From Trichoplax adhaerens (lineage: Eukaryota > Animalia > Placozoa): DNA of 64,000 bases. Each line of letters opens with the position of its first letter. Within the stretch, counting starts at the first letter, position 1. The translations under genes were made by a program, and so were the position numbers. The notes under the pieces are model-generated. The model was not told where the DNA came from, did no database searches, and worked only from the letters and a program-made list of their open reading frames with translations. Location: assembly GCF_000150275.1 (NCBI RefSeq), contig NW_002060961.1, positions 310,001 through 374,000 on the forward strand, written 5' to 3'. Positions 39,166 to 56,453 of the stretch are shown here, piece by piece.

Positions 39166-41368
39166 TTTGCCTTGGCTTCTGCTCTACTAGTCCCAGTCCA
39201 GTACCGCTTGGAGGAATGAAGTGCAAGCGATGACGTCATGGAAAGATGCACTTGCGTAGTAGCGTGAGATTTCCGAGCAGCTGGATAGTACGACTATGCT
39301 CGAGCTTGATTTTATGTAGTCCTGTACCAACATTGGCTACAGTTTCAGTACTATGGCTAGTAGTATGGCTAGAAAAATGATCAACTTGGTCACTTGGGCT
39401 TGCGTACTGTCTAGTATTGGAGTGGTGCACTTTGGCGGTCTCTACTTGAGGTATTTTACCTTTATTTTTAGGCAATCCTGTGTACAGTAGAGTAGTTTGC
39501 TGTGCCATCATTGGATTTCTTTCTTCTTTCTTTCCTTTTGATTGACTTCTACAACCATATTACAAACTGTCATGGACGACGCTACAGTGTACAGTGTACA
39601 CTTGTGCTGGAACCATCCTGTCGTGTACTGTACACTTTACACTGTATCCATGGTTGTACATGCGTATGGGCACTTAACCCAGTTGTACAGTTACTGTATA
39701 GTACTATCTCCAGTGAATAGCAACATGCGCATTGAAGGTTGGTACTAACCCCGATTACTCAGATACTCAGCGTGCATAGCTTAACACGATGATACATTAT
39801 TCTAGGAGTCTGTACCTCCAATTTCATGCGATTATTCAAAGAGTAAGACGTTGCACCAACGCAATGAAACTGAGGTACTACCGTCTAAAAGCTTTTTTCT
39901 GACTTGCGTCCATCTTCCTGCTGTGGCAGCCGACCACGCATGCGTATCGCCAGCAGCCTTTGTATTGACTGACTTCAAACACTAGATTGCTCAACCTGTC
40001 TATACCGTACTGCCAGCACAGTACAGTAGACAGTATGAGCAAATCTAGTAGTCAAAATTGCCAAGAATCTGCCATACAGACGCTAGTATCTAGTTTAGTA
40101 CAGTACTATACAGTACAGTACAGTCCAGTCCACTACAGTACTCAACATGGTGAATGTACTGTACAATGTATTGTAACCCATTGTACTGTACAGTCACAGT
40201 ACATCATTTCATTGTAGCTGCATCCTCTGACCTGTCGTGATTACGTGAAGAGTTGCAGCGAGTGCGCAAAGCATCCAATTTGGCGGGTTGACAGCAAGTA
40301 CAGTACATTGTACTGTATACCAAGAATCTGCCCATACAGACGATAGTATCCAGTACTGTACTGTAGACTACACGAGATGGACTGTGGGTACCCACTTCAA
40401 CCATCATTTCATTGTCTCTGCATCCTCTGACCTGTCGCGATCACGTGAAGAGCTGCAGCGAGTGCGCAAAGCATCCAATTTGGCGGGTTGACAGCAAGTA
40501 CAGTACATTGTACTGCATGCCAAGAATCTGCCCATACAGACGATACTACCCAGTACTGTAGACTACGCGAGATGGACTGTGGCTACCCACTTCAACCATC
40601 ATTTCATTGTCTCTTCTGAACTGTCGCGATCACGTGAAGAGCTGCAGCGAGTGCGCAAAGCATCCAATTTGGCGGGTTGACAGAAAATGAATGTACAATG
40701 TACAGTACGCTAGTACAGTACATTGTACCGCATGCCAAGAATCTGCCCATACAGACGATACTATCCAGTACTGTACTATACTGTAGACTACAGGAGATGG
40801 ACTGTGGCTATCCACTTCAACCATCATTTCATTGTCTCTGCTGAACTGTCGTGATCACGTGAAGAGCTGCGGCGAGTGCGCAAAGCATCCAATTTGGCGG
40901 GTTGACAGAAAATGAGTGTACAATGTACAGTACGTTAGTACAGTACATTGTACTGCATGCCAAAAATCTGCCCATACTGTACAGTACAGTACAGTACAGA
41001 CGATTCTACCCAGTACTGTAGACTACACGAGATGACTGTGGCTACCCACTTCAACCATCATTTCATTGTCTCTGCTGAACTGTCGTGATCACGTGAAGAG
41101 CTGCGGCGAGTGCGCAAAGCATCCAATTTGGCGGGTTGACAGAAAATGAATGTACAATGTACAGTACGCTAGTACAGTACATTGTACCGCATGCCAAGAA
41201 TCTGCTCATACAGACGATACTATCCAGTACTGTAGACTACAGGAGATGGACTGTGGCTATCCACTTCAACCATCATTTCATTGTCTCTGCTGAACTGTCG
41301 TGATCACGTGAAGAGCTGCAGCAAGTGCGCAAAGCATCCAATTTGGCGGGTTGACAGAAAATTGCACA
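39166..41368. promoter_or_regulatory. Divergent VTA1/RBBP4 promoter region with repeated CCAAT, E2F-like (TTTGGCGG) and E-box (CACGTG) sites
   Basis: Start codons are head-to-head 2.2 kb apart; the region is CpG-rich. The motifs are read from the sequence; their function is inferred. Confidence 0.65.

Positions 41369-41372
<4 letters not shown>
40010..41372 (+). repeat. Tandem array of ~190-235 bp units x6 spanning the RBBP4 proximal promoter
   Basis: gcatccaatttggcgggttgacag, with CCAAT at 40275, 40475, 40664, 40889, 41123 and 41338. The last unit runs into the RBBP4 ATG at 41369. Confidence 0.95.
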
Positions 41373-45088
<3,716 letters not shown>

Positions 45089-45559
45089 GGGTCTTTGGAA
45101 CAGTAATATTATGCTCGATATACTTCCTGTACAAAATACCTATGTACCTTCTCATCTATACCTGTCGCCGTAGCAATAATGTTCTACTGTTTGTATTAGA
45201 TTACATTCTAATTCTCGAAGATTGGTTACTGTGGATAATTTGTTCTATGTTTAACAAATAAAAAGAGATTGGCACATAAATTGAAAGAGCTTTCTCTTGC
45301 CTTTCTGTAAAATGTGTCTGGTGACATGGCTGTACATTTTAGTGTTATAGACATCAGAATATTACTTCATTGTTATCGTTGTCCTGATGGAAACTCTTTT
45401 ATTTTGCAAAGAGAGAATCTAATCGTCTATAAGTAGTTTGTGATGCCGTTTAAGTTAATGCATATTGTATCACGCCATACTTGTTATGGATTGTATTTAC
45501 TGTACGTATGTATGGCAAAAAATACCAACTGGATTGAAATAATTCATTACAGTCAATTT

Positions 45560-46400
45560 TATGTCTAGCTAATAAGGTCCAAGACGTTCTTGCACTTGTA
45601 GACGACTTCCTATTTGGTGGATGTTCTCATTTCTACTGATACAGGCACAAAGTATTGTAAGTAAGTGAACTGTCACTATCGTAGAAGAAGCCTTACTACG
45701 AATGAAAAAAGCTTACAGGGTTTTCAATAGCTGATAGGAATGTCTAATTGAAGATTTGAGCACAATTTAAATAAATTGAGGAGAAGCTTTCTACGTACAG
45801 TATGGAAAAGCTCTTTCCAGTGCTCAGGCGCTCCTGTATACAGTATACTGTTTATTACAGTACAACCATGCCATTTGAAGTCTAGCTAAGGCCATGAAGT
45901 TCGTACACAAGCAGATGATTGCTATTTGGCCAATATTTGTTGCTATTATTTTGGCAAGGATACTGTCGAGTTAGGCCATTTATGTTGATTTTCTGCAGCT
46001 CGAGCATGGTCCATTTAATGTATAGCTAATAAGGTCAAGGCGTCAACGGGATCAACTTTGATCCCGTTGCTGTACTTGCAGATGATTCCCCATGTAATCG
46101 ATATTGGTTGATATGATTACAGTACTTTGCTTATAGAAGTGTAGAGTATCTCTCGCCCTATCTCCTGTCGTAGAAGAAGCCATTCCGGGGATTGGAAAAG
46201 CTCTTGGGATTTTCTATATTGCCCAGGTGCAGTGTATATCACTATTCATTTGAAATGTAGTCAAGGCCAAGAGGTTGCTGCACATGCAGATGATTCTTAT
46301 TTAGTAGAGCTTTATTGACGCTATTCTCTTGGCCATCATCGAGTTTGGTAATCAAGGTCTAATCTGTGGAAGAAACTCTTGCCTAGCATCTGTTGCATGG
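45560..46400. repeat. Degenerate tandem repeat between RBBP4 and TMEM135
   Basis: Recurring agctaataaggtc, gcagatgatt, tcgtagaagaagcc and gaaaagct blocks. Confidence 0.55.
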
Positions 46401-46867
46401 GAAAAGCTGCGATCATTTTTAGCAGCTATCCTATACTCCACCTTGATAATATATTCTCTCGTCTAATTAGCTGCTAGCCGAATTTAGTATTGATCAAGTA
46501 GGCTAATAGCTTTTTCGTTTCTTCCACCCTCTCAGCAGTCTAGTCTACAGTACATGCTCAAACATAAGCCACAACAGGCAGGAAATAACTGCGATCGAGT
46601 AGACCAAGTCGAAAGCAAACTCAGCTATTGACAGACTCGAGACGGCTGGAGGCTGGAGCTAATCGTCCACACCTGATGAGAAAAAGGTCAATCAAGGTCA
46701 ATTAATGCCAACTAGTCTTGATCTTTGATCCTTCAATATTGGCAGAATCTTTCTTTCTACCTAGACATCATCGATCTTGAAGTATTGTATGATTGCTGGT
46801 TGTTCCTTTACACCTTGCATCATCGAAATTAAAGGGATCAGCCATCGATTCAGCAGGATATTAACTC

Positions 46868-49800
46868 ATGTTTAGTAAACTCTACCTATCGTGTTATGAG
46901 CATGGCCATAACTGGAATCCCAATTGTAATGCTGTGGCATGGGAAGTTTTTCAGTTGATTTTTTCAAAAGCTCTCCGCTTGTATTCGTCAATTCATGTAG
47001 CTGCCCATCTGGTTAGAATAATCTCGGTAAGTTCTCCATTGTAGCAATAGCAGGAGGTACATGGATTACATAACATGATTGATGGCGGATACGGGGCTGG
47101 ACATGGTCAAGCATTTTTTCTTACAAGTTCTAGGTCAATAAGTGGCCGTATATCCTCGATCAGAAAAATAAATGATGGCAGATTGCAATCGAAAATAACA
47201 TCTTATCATTGTCACTATATCATCGCCAAGTCTTCAACTTTCAGTCGACCAACGATGCAGTTTGACTGTAGATCTAGACGATATTTTATGGATAGTATGA
47301 TTTATAGTGCTTGCAGATGATGATGAAAGAATATCAAGACATCGCAGTAGCACAAAAAAAAATACTGGGGTGATGATCCATTTGTAACCGATTACTTTAT
47401 CGTCCGATTTTCTACCTTGTACGGTAATAATAATATCGTCAAGCTCTCGCTCAATCGAGCAACTAACAGACGTTCTACAGTATAGCAAACTGTAGACCTA
47501 TTCTACATTCGATTGATCCTATAGGATGATTTAAACAGCACAACTTAGTCGTTGTAGACTGGTCGCAGATGATTGCTAGATACGCCAAGTGGTCTACTGT
47601 ACCTATGACCTCTCAAGTAGAAACACCTTCCTTAACCCCTACTGTAAATAAAAAAAAATTGCATCGTGCAGAAGATAGCATGCATTTTAGATCGCTCTTT
47701 TCTTTTTCTCAATTTCTTTTACTGAGATTTTTATTGAAGAGATTTCTGACTGTCTATTCCACGGATCACATAGGATGATTTAAATAGCTTAAGCTACTGT
47801 AGTCGTCGTCAACTTGCTGCAGATTAATGACTGTATACAGTACATATACACTATAATAATTATTATTCTGGCTTGGCATCCTATGCCATCGCAACATCAT
47901 TGCCAAGTTCTCAGCTTTGCGGAATGCGACTGTAGGAGTAGAATTTGTGGTCGAGAATAGGCCTATCATACTGTGTTCTACATTTGATTGATCGCATTTT
48001 GCAAAATGACCGATTTCGCATCCGTTCTCGTTCATATATACAGTATGTATATATACGTGTATAAATATATTATTATGGCTTGGCATCCTATATCATCGCA
48101 ACATCATTGGCAACTTCTCTCAGCTTTACAGAAGGCGACTGTAGGAGTAATGTTTGTAGTAGAGTATAGACCAGGCATAGACCTACTCTGCTGTTTTCTA
48201 TATTCGATTGATCGCATAGGATGATTTAGTTAATAAATAACACAAGCTAAGCATTGTAAACTTATCGCAGATTACCTGATATTCGACGTCATCGTAACAT
48301 CATTATTGGCAGGTTTTTAGCTTTGCAGAAGCCAACATGGCAGTACTATTTGCTGTAGCGTATAGACCTAGTGTCTTCTACATTCGATTGATCACATAGA
48401 ATGATTGAAATTGCTTAAGCTAGTCATGGTAAACTTGCCGCAGATGATTGCTTGACATCCTACGCCATCGTAGCATCATTAACAAGCTTTCAGCTTGACA
48501 GAAACCGACAATACTGTAGAGCATACCTCATGTATTCTACATTCGATCGACGGCGTAGGATGATTTAAATAGCTTAAGCTAGTCATGGCAATCTTGTAAT
48601 AGCTTATTGCCTGACTTTCTACCTCATTGTAATATTAATGGGTAAATTTCCAGCTTTAGAGAAACCAGTAGTCCATCCAGCAGTACAATACTATCGGGGA
48701 CTATTCAAGTAAAAGTGTTATCCTTTTCCACTGTCTACTCCTCCTCTCTCTCTCTCTCTCTTCCCTCTCTTCCCTCTTTCAGCTTTACAGAAACCAACAA
48801 CGAAGTATTTTATGCTGTAGAGTATACGCATGTAGACCTACCCTACATTCGATTGCTGGCACAGAATGATTCAATAGTACATGCTAGCCATCATAATACT
48901 TGTTGTAGATTATTATATGACATTCCAAACGTATCGGGATAACTTTGCCAACTTTTATGCTTACAGAAACCGACGGTAGCGTACTGTATCCTGTAGGGTA
49001 TAAACCTATTCTACATTCTATTCATCATATGATCCAAATGGATTGTAAAGGCGATGATTAAAATGATACTGGGCTGGCCATAGTAAAAATGGCTTCATCA
49101 ATCAGAGTAAATTATAACAGATTCATATCTGACATCCTACTACGGCATAATATCGCCAAGTTTTCAGCGTTAGAGAAATCAACAGTAAAGTACATGATAG
49201 ACCTATTCCGCGTTCTGTTGATGGTATACGTTTTTAATACTGATTGGTTGTTTAATGATTGAATAATATATCAAGGTTACTACTCTCTCGTATCCACACG
49301 ACTGATCAATAGTATTTAACAGCTGATTTTGGATGGAGTAAGATATCAAAAAGTAAAGCAATGAAGATACTGTAGTTTGCATCCAATATCCCTCAGCTGA
49401 TTGCATAAAATAGCTCCTAATGATCATTACTGAATCATTCTAATCACAAATTATTATCATTTTTAGAATCCATCGGGAGTATGGAAAGAAGGGATTGGTC
49501 GATTTCTGCTCAAATTAATCTCTGCGATCTTACGTTCCAGCCTTTTCTTGGGCTTGAATGGTTCTTTATTTATCGTCTTTTTTTGCCGGTTGAGGTAACA
49601 ATCTTTAAGATAGTCACTATGTCGACATACTATTAAAATTGGATTTTCAGAGATTATCATGATTGACACTGAAACCTCTCCTATACTATTTTAAAAGTTG
49701 CGTTGCATCTTAATGACCTGTCCTAGCAGAACTATATAACCATCCGTTCTAATTATTGTGTATTTAACTTGAAGATCTACAAGCAATAAAAAATGGTTTG

Positions 49801-52800
49801 TTTTTTATCTTACCTATTTCAGAGGCTTATTAGGATATTTTACCTATCCTACCATCGCTTTCTTGCCTGGTCTACTATCGAGTGCCATAGCAGTCCAGTT
49901 TGAAAGAGATACTAGGTATACACCTTAAAGTACTTTTAAGATGATCAACGGACTGTCATCAATACTTTCCAATTGAAATGAACACAATATAAAATAATTT
50001 ATCTGGTATTTGATGTCACTGTAGTCTAGAATATCGTCTTTTCGTCTAATTTAAAAATTTCCAGAAAAAGGAATCGAATTTTGAAAAGCAAATCTTCACG
50101 AATTACATATTGTAGTACAATAACCTGACCGTGAAAGAATATATTTAACCGTTCAGTATTATTAGACTTGTAACAGGAGTATTGAATAGCAAAAGGCCAA
50201 ATTAATGAGTGCAATCAGCTAATTTATTAGGGCTACTTTTAATCAGTCGTGAATATAAATTTGATATCGACTGCTTTCTAACAGTCGATTTGATATCGTA
50301 ACGATATCCATCTATTATTGCTATGCCATAACCAAAGCTTCGATGGCAACTTGGATTTAAATTGGAATAAAATACGATAGAAAAATGTACAGTAAAATTC
50401 GTAGTACTCAGCTGTTTAAAAGTAGATTTGCGTATGTAGTCACGATCATCTTGTTACACAATCGTACGATTGTGTGTTAGTAATAAATCTTTTTATACCC
50501 TTGAAATTTGTTAATATGACGTTACTATTATTAAAACTCATAGCAGAATAATCTATCCATTTTCTATTACGTTTAGGGTACCTATGCTTGCTTTGTACCT
50601 GACTAACCTGGTAGGCAGTGATAATCATGCTAATAATTCTGTACTGATTCTCTGAATAGTATTTTTAAAATAGAGAATAACTACCCTTAAACTGATAGCT
50701 TTGATTGCATTGAACAGTTATGTAAATTTCACGTTATACTCACTTCGTATGCTAAACTATTTTCTACAATAGTCATTAGGAACATTATTTAACACTCTTG
50801 TATCGCTTGGCATCACTAATGGCATACCTTATGGAGATGTAAGTATGATACACTATTTTGTAATGGATGTGATGAATCCGCTCATATGTAGTTCGAAGTT
50901 ATCTTATAATAAAATACCCTTACTATAAAATAGAATAACTCCTAGTAGAAAAGAAGTTACTGTAATCCTTGACAAACTGATTTATATCGATAATATTCTT
51001 CAGTGCATTTAACAAATTTACATTATAGCAATCAACATTATAACAAAGGTTTTTTATCTTATATTAATAACAGGTTATCATCTTCTGCATAGCTACTGCT
51101 AGTTTAATGTATCTTTACAGGTAAATGCCCAAATAGTGTATTGTTCTGTTCTATTCCACCTGGATGCTATAAAACAACTTGTAACCATAAGACAGACATT
51201 TCAATTAATGTGCTGTATTTTCTCTGTTGCAATTACTAGAAAACGTGTTGGATTAGGCCCATCATTAAAATCATTAATCAAGTATAATATTGCTTACACG
51301 AGCATAAGCTATTTCAATAAAGTTACTATCGATTTACTGATATGGACTACGTTGTAACATTAATCTGATTGAAATTATTACCATTTACAGATTTTTCATC
51401 GGCCAAGATAAATACGAAGATAATCAACTTAATGTTGAACCTTACAATTTACCGGTCATTGGATTGATACAACAATCGTATGACGGATATATTTTAATAT
51501 TTAAATTGGACAGTTTTCGAAAGATATTAAGTTAATAATGCTGTACTAATACAGTATTACTCCGATCTTATGTCTCCACTTTAGTATCAATAAATTGTAT
51601 AATTATCCAATCCTTGGTAGGATTACCTTTACCCTTCAGGTATTATATATATATATATATATTAATTATTGATCACTAGTGGCGATAGTTTGTTTGACAA
51701 GAAATATTAAATTACTATATTTACATAATTTATCTTAATAATGTATAGGGTTTCTTGCGAGGATTTTCCACTGGCTTTGCTATTTCCTCGTTGTTTGCAA
51801 TTTTTAAAAATATGAAACAGTTGGGTCGCAATCCAGGTACACTAAAACTACGTTGTTGTATAGACTTAACTGTAGGTTACTATCGAATTAACTAGCAATT
51901 TTAATGCAATTGCAGCCAGAGTTATTCAAGCCATTTTTAGCAAGAAAAATATGGGTTTACCAATGTTTCTGGGCTCCTTAGTTGGCATATATAAGGTTCT
52001 GAAAAATAGCTAATTTTGATCAAGCAATAATAGCAAGACGTAGTTTCTCACTATTCCAATGCGTTTATACTAACTGTAACATTATCATTTTTTAAATATT
52101 CTTACTGATACCCTAGGCCGTCACTTCATTTCTACATTGGTTGCATGGAAAACATTCTGAATGGCATGGCGCTTTAGCAGGTAATCATTATCTAAAGAGT
52201 CATGTTAAAAATAAGTTGAATACAATGGTGATTAAACCTACGGCTGTAAAAAAAAGTAACAATTCCCTATTCGTATTCTAGGTGGCCTTTGTGGTACTTC
52301 CTTAGTATTCTATAGAAGTGGTACTATCGCATTATATTTTATACTTAAATCACTAGAGGTAAACTTGATGATGTTATTTCTTTCTATTTGGTGTCATTCT
52401 TTAGCTATTACAATAATAACTCTCATACTGTGCGATTTGACTTTATTTTTTAGGCCTATTATAAATTAGGCATAGATTATGGGCACCTCCCCAGCATAAA
52501 ACATTTCGATATTGCCCTATACTCACTTGCAACAGCAATTGTTTTCAATTATGTAAGTAGCACATCAGTACAGCGATAACGTGAAAAATGTGAGCTAACT
52601 ATTTATTTCAAAATCAATTTTAAATATGCAAAAATATTAGGCGATTATATCCCCACAATATTTGCGCGGAAGTTACCAACGTTTCATTGTTCAGGTTACC
52701 AAAGACAGGTACGTCTAACTAAATCCAGTAGTTATACTGTTTGAATAACATAGTGAGTCAAACTATAAATGTTTATGTGGGTACATGAATATTATTGTTA

Positions 52801-52943
52801 TGGTATAAAACATTGTAGTAGTTAAGTGTTATTCGATGGCTCATACATAGATTGTTAAATTAATTCATAATTTTTTATTAATTAGGGTTACTATAATATC
52901 CGGAAATATGACTAAAGCATTACAAGCTGCATTTGCTAAATAA
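46868..52943 (+). CDS. TMEM135: Transmembrane protein 135 (PMP52-like), ~16 exons
   Basis: Exon 1 46868-47011 MFSKLYLSCYEHGHNWNPNC (human CYEIGHTWHPSC). Then 49467-49594, 49823-49915, an uncertain small exon ~50677-50722, 50773-50838, 51074-51120 (VIIFCIATASLMYLYR), 51240-51281, 51391-~51477, 51585-51639, 51749-51836, 51916-51994 (MFLGSLVGIYK), 52117-52180, 52282-52358, 52454-52552, 52641-52708, 52886-52943. Confidence 0.88.
47450..49230. repeat. Degenerate ~160-240 bp tandem repeat filling TMEM135 intron 1
   Basis: Recurring ttctacattcgattgatc.cataggatgatttaaatagcttaagcta and catcgcaacatcattgccaagtt.tcagcttt.cagaa. Confidence 0.8.
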
Positions 52944-53735
52944 TCTACTGTCATCTATTGTCTTCTTTAGCACTACTGATAGTTATTGACATGTAAATAC
53001 GTATTAAGTAGGTGTTAAATAATTCATTGCCTTAATTTTTAACGTTTTAGTCATTTAAATTTGATTTATTGGAATATTGGTAAATTGCTTTATAGCATGC
53101 ATTGTCGTCTAGTCCTATGGAGACGTATGAAATTATCACTGATTGCTTAAAGTACGAAATAAATCAGTCAGGCTAAAAGTTATGCAATTTGTTCACCCTA
53201 ATAATATACGGCCTGTTTTCTGCTTCAGTTTGGAATTATTCGATAGATTTACAGATTTATAAATGTATGGCTTTGTTCTTGTACTCTAATTAATCAAATA
53301 TTAGTTGATTATATTTACAAATGTAATTATTTTCTCTTTTAGTTAGTGCGTTACAATACCAAATACATATTATCGATGAAAGTCGATAATTACTATCTTA
53401 GGTATAATGTGATGTGCAGCTTTAATGTATTCGAGAATGAATAGGATTTAACGGAAAGCATTTCTACTAATAACGAGTGCAGAAACTGAATAAAAATGTC
53501 CTAATGACGCTTTTCTAGCAACTGATACGCTACCCATGCTTATAATATAAAGTATAGTAGCCATAAATTTCTTATATCTCAATAAAATTCTAGTTTGCAT
53601 ATTCTGAAATATCTTTATAAATCAGACGTCCAGTAAAAAGTCATTCGGAAAAGATTTTATTTAAGGTATATGTTACAATATGTATAACGTTCTCGTATTA
53701 TTAGAAAAGTAACAGCATGACTAAACTCCTCAATT

Positions 53736-55047
53736 ATAAATGCATGAAATTCCACACTGAATTTTCCTGTAGAGATAGCTCTATATTCCAGCTAATAATT
53801 CCAGCATTTAATATCATTTCTCCTTCATTAAATATTTCAAAACAGAGCTGCATTGTTAGTTTGATTGATTGATTTTGCGTTATGTTCCTGTTGAGATTAG
53901 ATTGCAGTCAAGCTATAAACTCATTAGAACAGAATATCTTGAACGATTTTTATATTAATTTAATGAGTTGGTATTATTTTCTCCTTCACTGTGTTAAAAT
54001 AGAATTATAGATTTATTTTAACTGATTTTACTGTATGTTTTCGCTGAAATTTGATTGTAGATTCAGAATCTCGAACCTATAGCAATTGATTACCAGTCTC
54101 CGTTACTTTAGTACAAAATGATAATTCTTACACTATAGTAATTATTGACTTATCGTAAATATTTAGGTCAAATGTAATGTAGGTATTTGATCACGAATAA
54201 TTACAAGTATACAATATACTAGAATAATTCATGTTAAAATGGCTATTAGCTCCTGTATTGAAGATTTAGGTAAAATCTTGAGATATTCGATTGCATCTGA
54301 ACGTACATTGTACAGTGATTTGTGAGCTAATGTTATTAAAATTATAATTATTAGATTGATAAGTGACATTGATTGAATATTGCAACACCTAAGCATAATA
54401 GAATTTATTTAATATGTTAAATATTTCATGTTATAGATGTGATTAGGCGATTGGGTAAATTATCGAGATCAAGTTTGAATAATCGTCATTCTTCTGGGCT
54501 TACCTCACAATGGGGTTGATCGAGATAATAGTGTTTACTATCGACTCCATCGAATATGGGAGATTTAATGATATAACCTAAAGCAATAGTAATCATCTTA
54601 CATTGATCATGTAGCTCAAGAAAGTTCTTCTTTACAATTAAAGTTATCAAAATTTTTTACTTGACGGATGCTGGAGCTAAGTCACTTCTATAGTACTAAA
54701 GAATTTCTACCCTAAAGTTCTATGTCACATTCATAGTATTAACTGTAACTGAGTCAGGAGAACTCCGTGATAGCATTAGAAAGACACTTAGGGGAATAAA
54801 TTACTTCGGCGTGACTCTGAACATCATGATGCAAGATCTAAGCCATCTGTATCTTTATAGCCTATTTTTTACCGGTATTAAAAATAAAAAGCATGGACTT
54901 GCTGGCATAACTTATGGCCAAAAGAGACTTGGCAGCCAGTGTTGGCATTATTTCTGCATCGAATCGTACAAAGATTGCATAGAGAATAACAGTAGTAATT
55001 TCAAATAAAGCCACAAAAATGGCCAATCTACGGTTTAAAAATATCAT
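53736..55047 (-). pseudogene. Putative small spliced gene or pseudogene whose first exon resembles Rh ammonium-transporter exon 1
   Basis: 55047-54903 reads MIFLNRRLAIFVALFEITTVILYAIFVRFDAE (cf. RHCG [29 protein letters not shown]) and ends at a GCAAGT donor. Downstream exon-like pieces (54577-54504, 53887-53736) are not Rh-like, and no stop-free model was found. Confidence 0.3.
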
Positions 55048-55860
55048 TATCAATTGATATGTCCTAGATATAATTAACGTAGATCAGTGAAAGTTTAGCT
55101 AAGTATTCTTCATTTATTCACTATGATTGTGCGGGAAATCTTGCTACTGAATCCAGCTGACAAGATCGAGCTAAGGACAAGAACGTACAGCTGATAGATT
55201 TTTTCCTTCAGCTTGCTTGGTTGCAACGGATAAAATGTTTGTTGTGAGGTAATATTTTGATGTTACTATCGTAGGTATAATGGAGATTATTATTTTAAGG
55301 GTTAAGAACGCCTTTAAACTAGGCAGAAATCATCAACCTATTCCTTACCTCCACTCTAGGCTCATAGGCGAAGAAATACTCTAGTATCTGAGCTAGATTC
55401 TAATTATAAAGAAGTAGGCTGGCAATAGTATTGCAAGAAGATAGAGTTAATTATTATTTTTTATAGCCATGAATAGCACAATAATCTATCCTGCCACTCA
55501 AAGTTGAGAATAAAATCAGGCATAATAATAGCAACAGGTATCTAATACAATCTCCAGCTTGGCTGCACGCGTATTATGACCGTGCTAATTGATCTTGTAA
55601 CTACATGATTTCGATATTGCCTACTCTATTATCGATCATCGCCAGCATCGAGTCCCTCCTTAATTGAATGCGATTATACTACTGTAGCGAAGAGCATTAT
55701 TGAAATGGAGATATATCTAATTAATATGTAGTAGTGTAGTCATGCCGTATAATGAATTGGCCATATATATATATACCATCTAAACGCGTCTATTTATACA
55801 TCATTAATACGTAGTGCTACCATCCTATGAAGATGCAGCACTATAGCCTAGTATAGTATT

Positions 55861-55907
55861 ACCAATTGACTACAAGAAGACATCATATCTCCTTGTAGTC
55901 AATTGGT
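55861..55907. repeat. 16-bp-arm hairpin at the edge of a dispersed repeat
   Basis: accaattgactacaag ... cttgtagtcaattggt. Confidence 0.8.
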
Positions 55908-56453
55908 TATGACGATGGATAGATAGAAATAAGTAAAGATTCATAAAAATATATACTCCTGAAATAGTAGCTACGCGTGCTTTCGTCTTATATTCGTAAT
56001 TGCAGATACATGTGCATTAGGACAAACATAAATTTATGTTTGTTATCGTTGAGAGGAAATAAATCAGGAACTTTCAAAGTATGTCAAAATTTATTGACTC
56101 CTTATGTAAAATTAGATAACGGACATAACTGTAGCCAAATAGCCTAATAAAACAATTACAATGACTTAGGAAGAAGAAGTAAAATTTGAAAAATAATTCG
56201 TAGTAGTTGCTAATGTATTTTCCGTAGTAGGTATAGCTACAATCAGTACACCAATATTCTATCGTTATTGTATGAGTATGGTATTATAACTATTAACTTG
56301 ATTATGTCGAAATTGACAGTCTGCTGCATAATATTCAATATGATTAATGATGTATAATTTGATACTTATCTCCGCCATAATTGTGCTGATAAATTGTCAT
56401 GTAAGAATATGATATCCTAGACATGCAAACTCGTATATAATACTTTGCCAATC

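Noticed and set aside
46044-46069. 12-bp-stem hairpin caacgggatcaa-ct-ttgatcccgttg as a terminator or Helitron end
   Set aside because: It is isolated, has no associated element features, and intrinsic terminators do not apply to this genome.
47766-48086. ORF containing CEIGH, similar to the TMEM135 N-terminus
   Set aside because: It is on the wrong strand and inside an intronic repeat; the true exon 1 is at 46868-47011.
49089-49223. ATG-initiated exon-like frame MASSIRVNYNRF... as TMEM135 exon 1
   Set aside because: It is a degenerate copy of the intronic repeat with no TMEM135 similarity.
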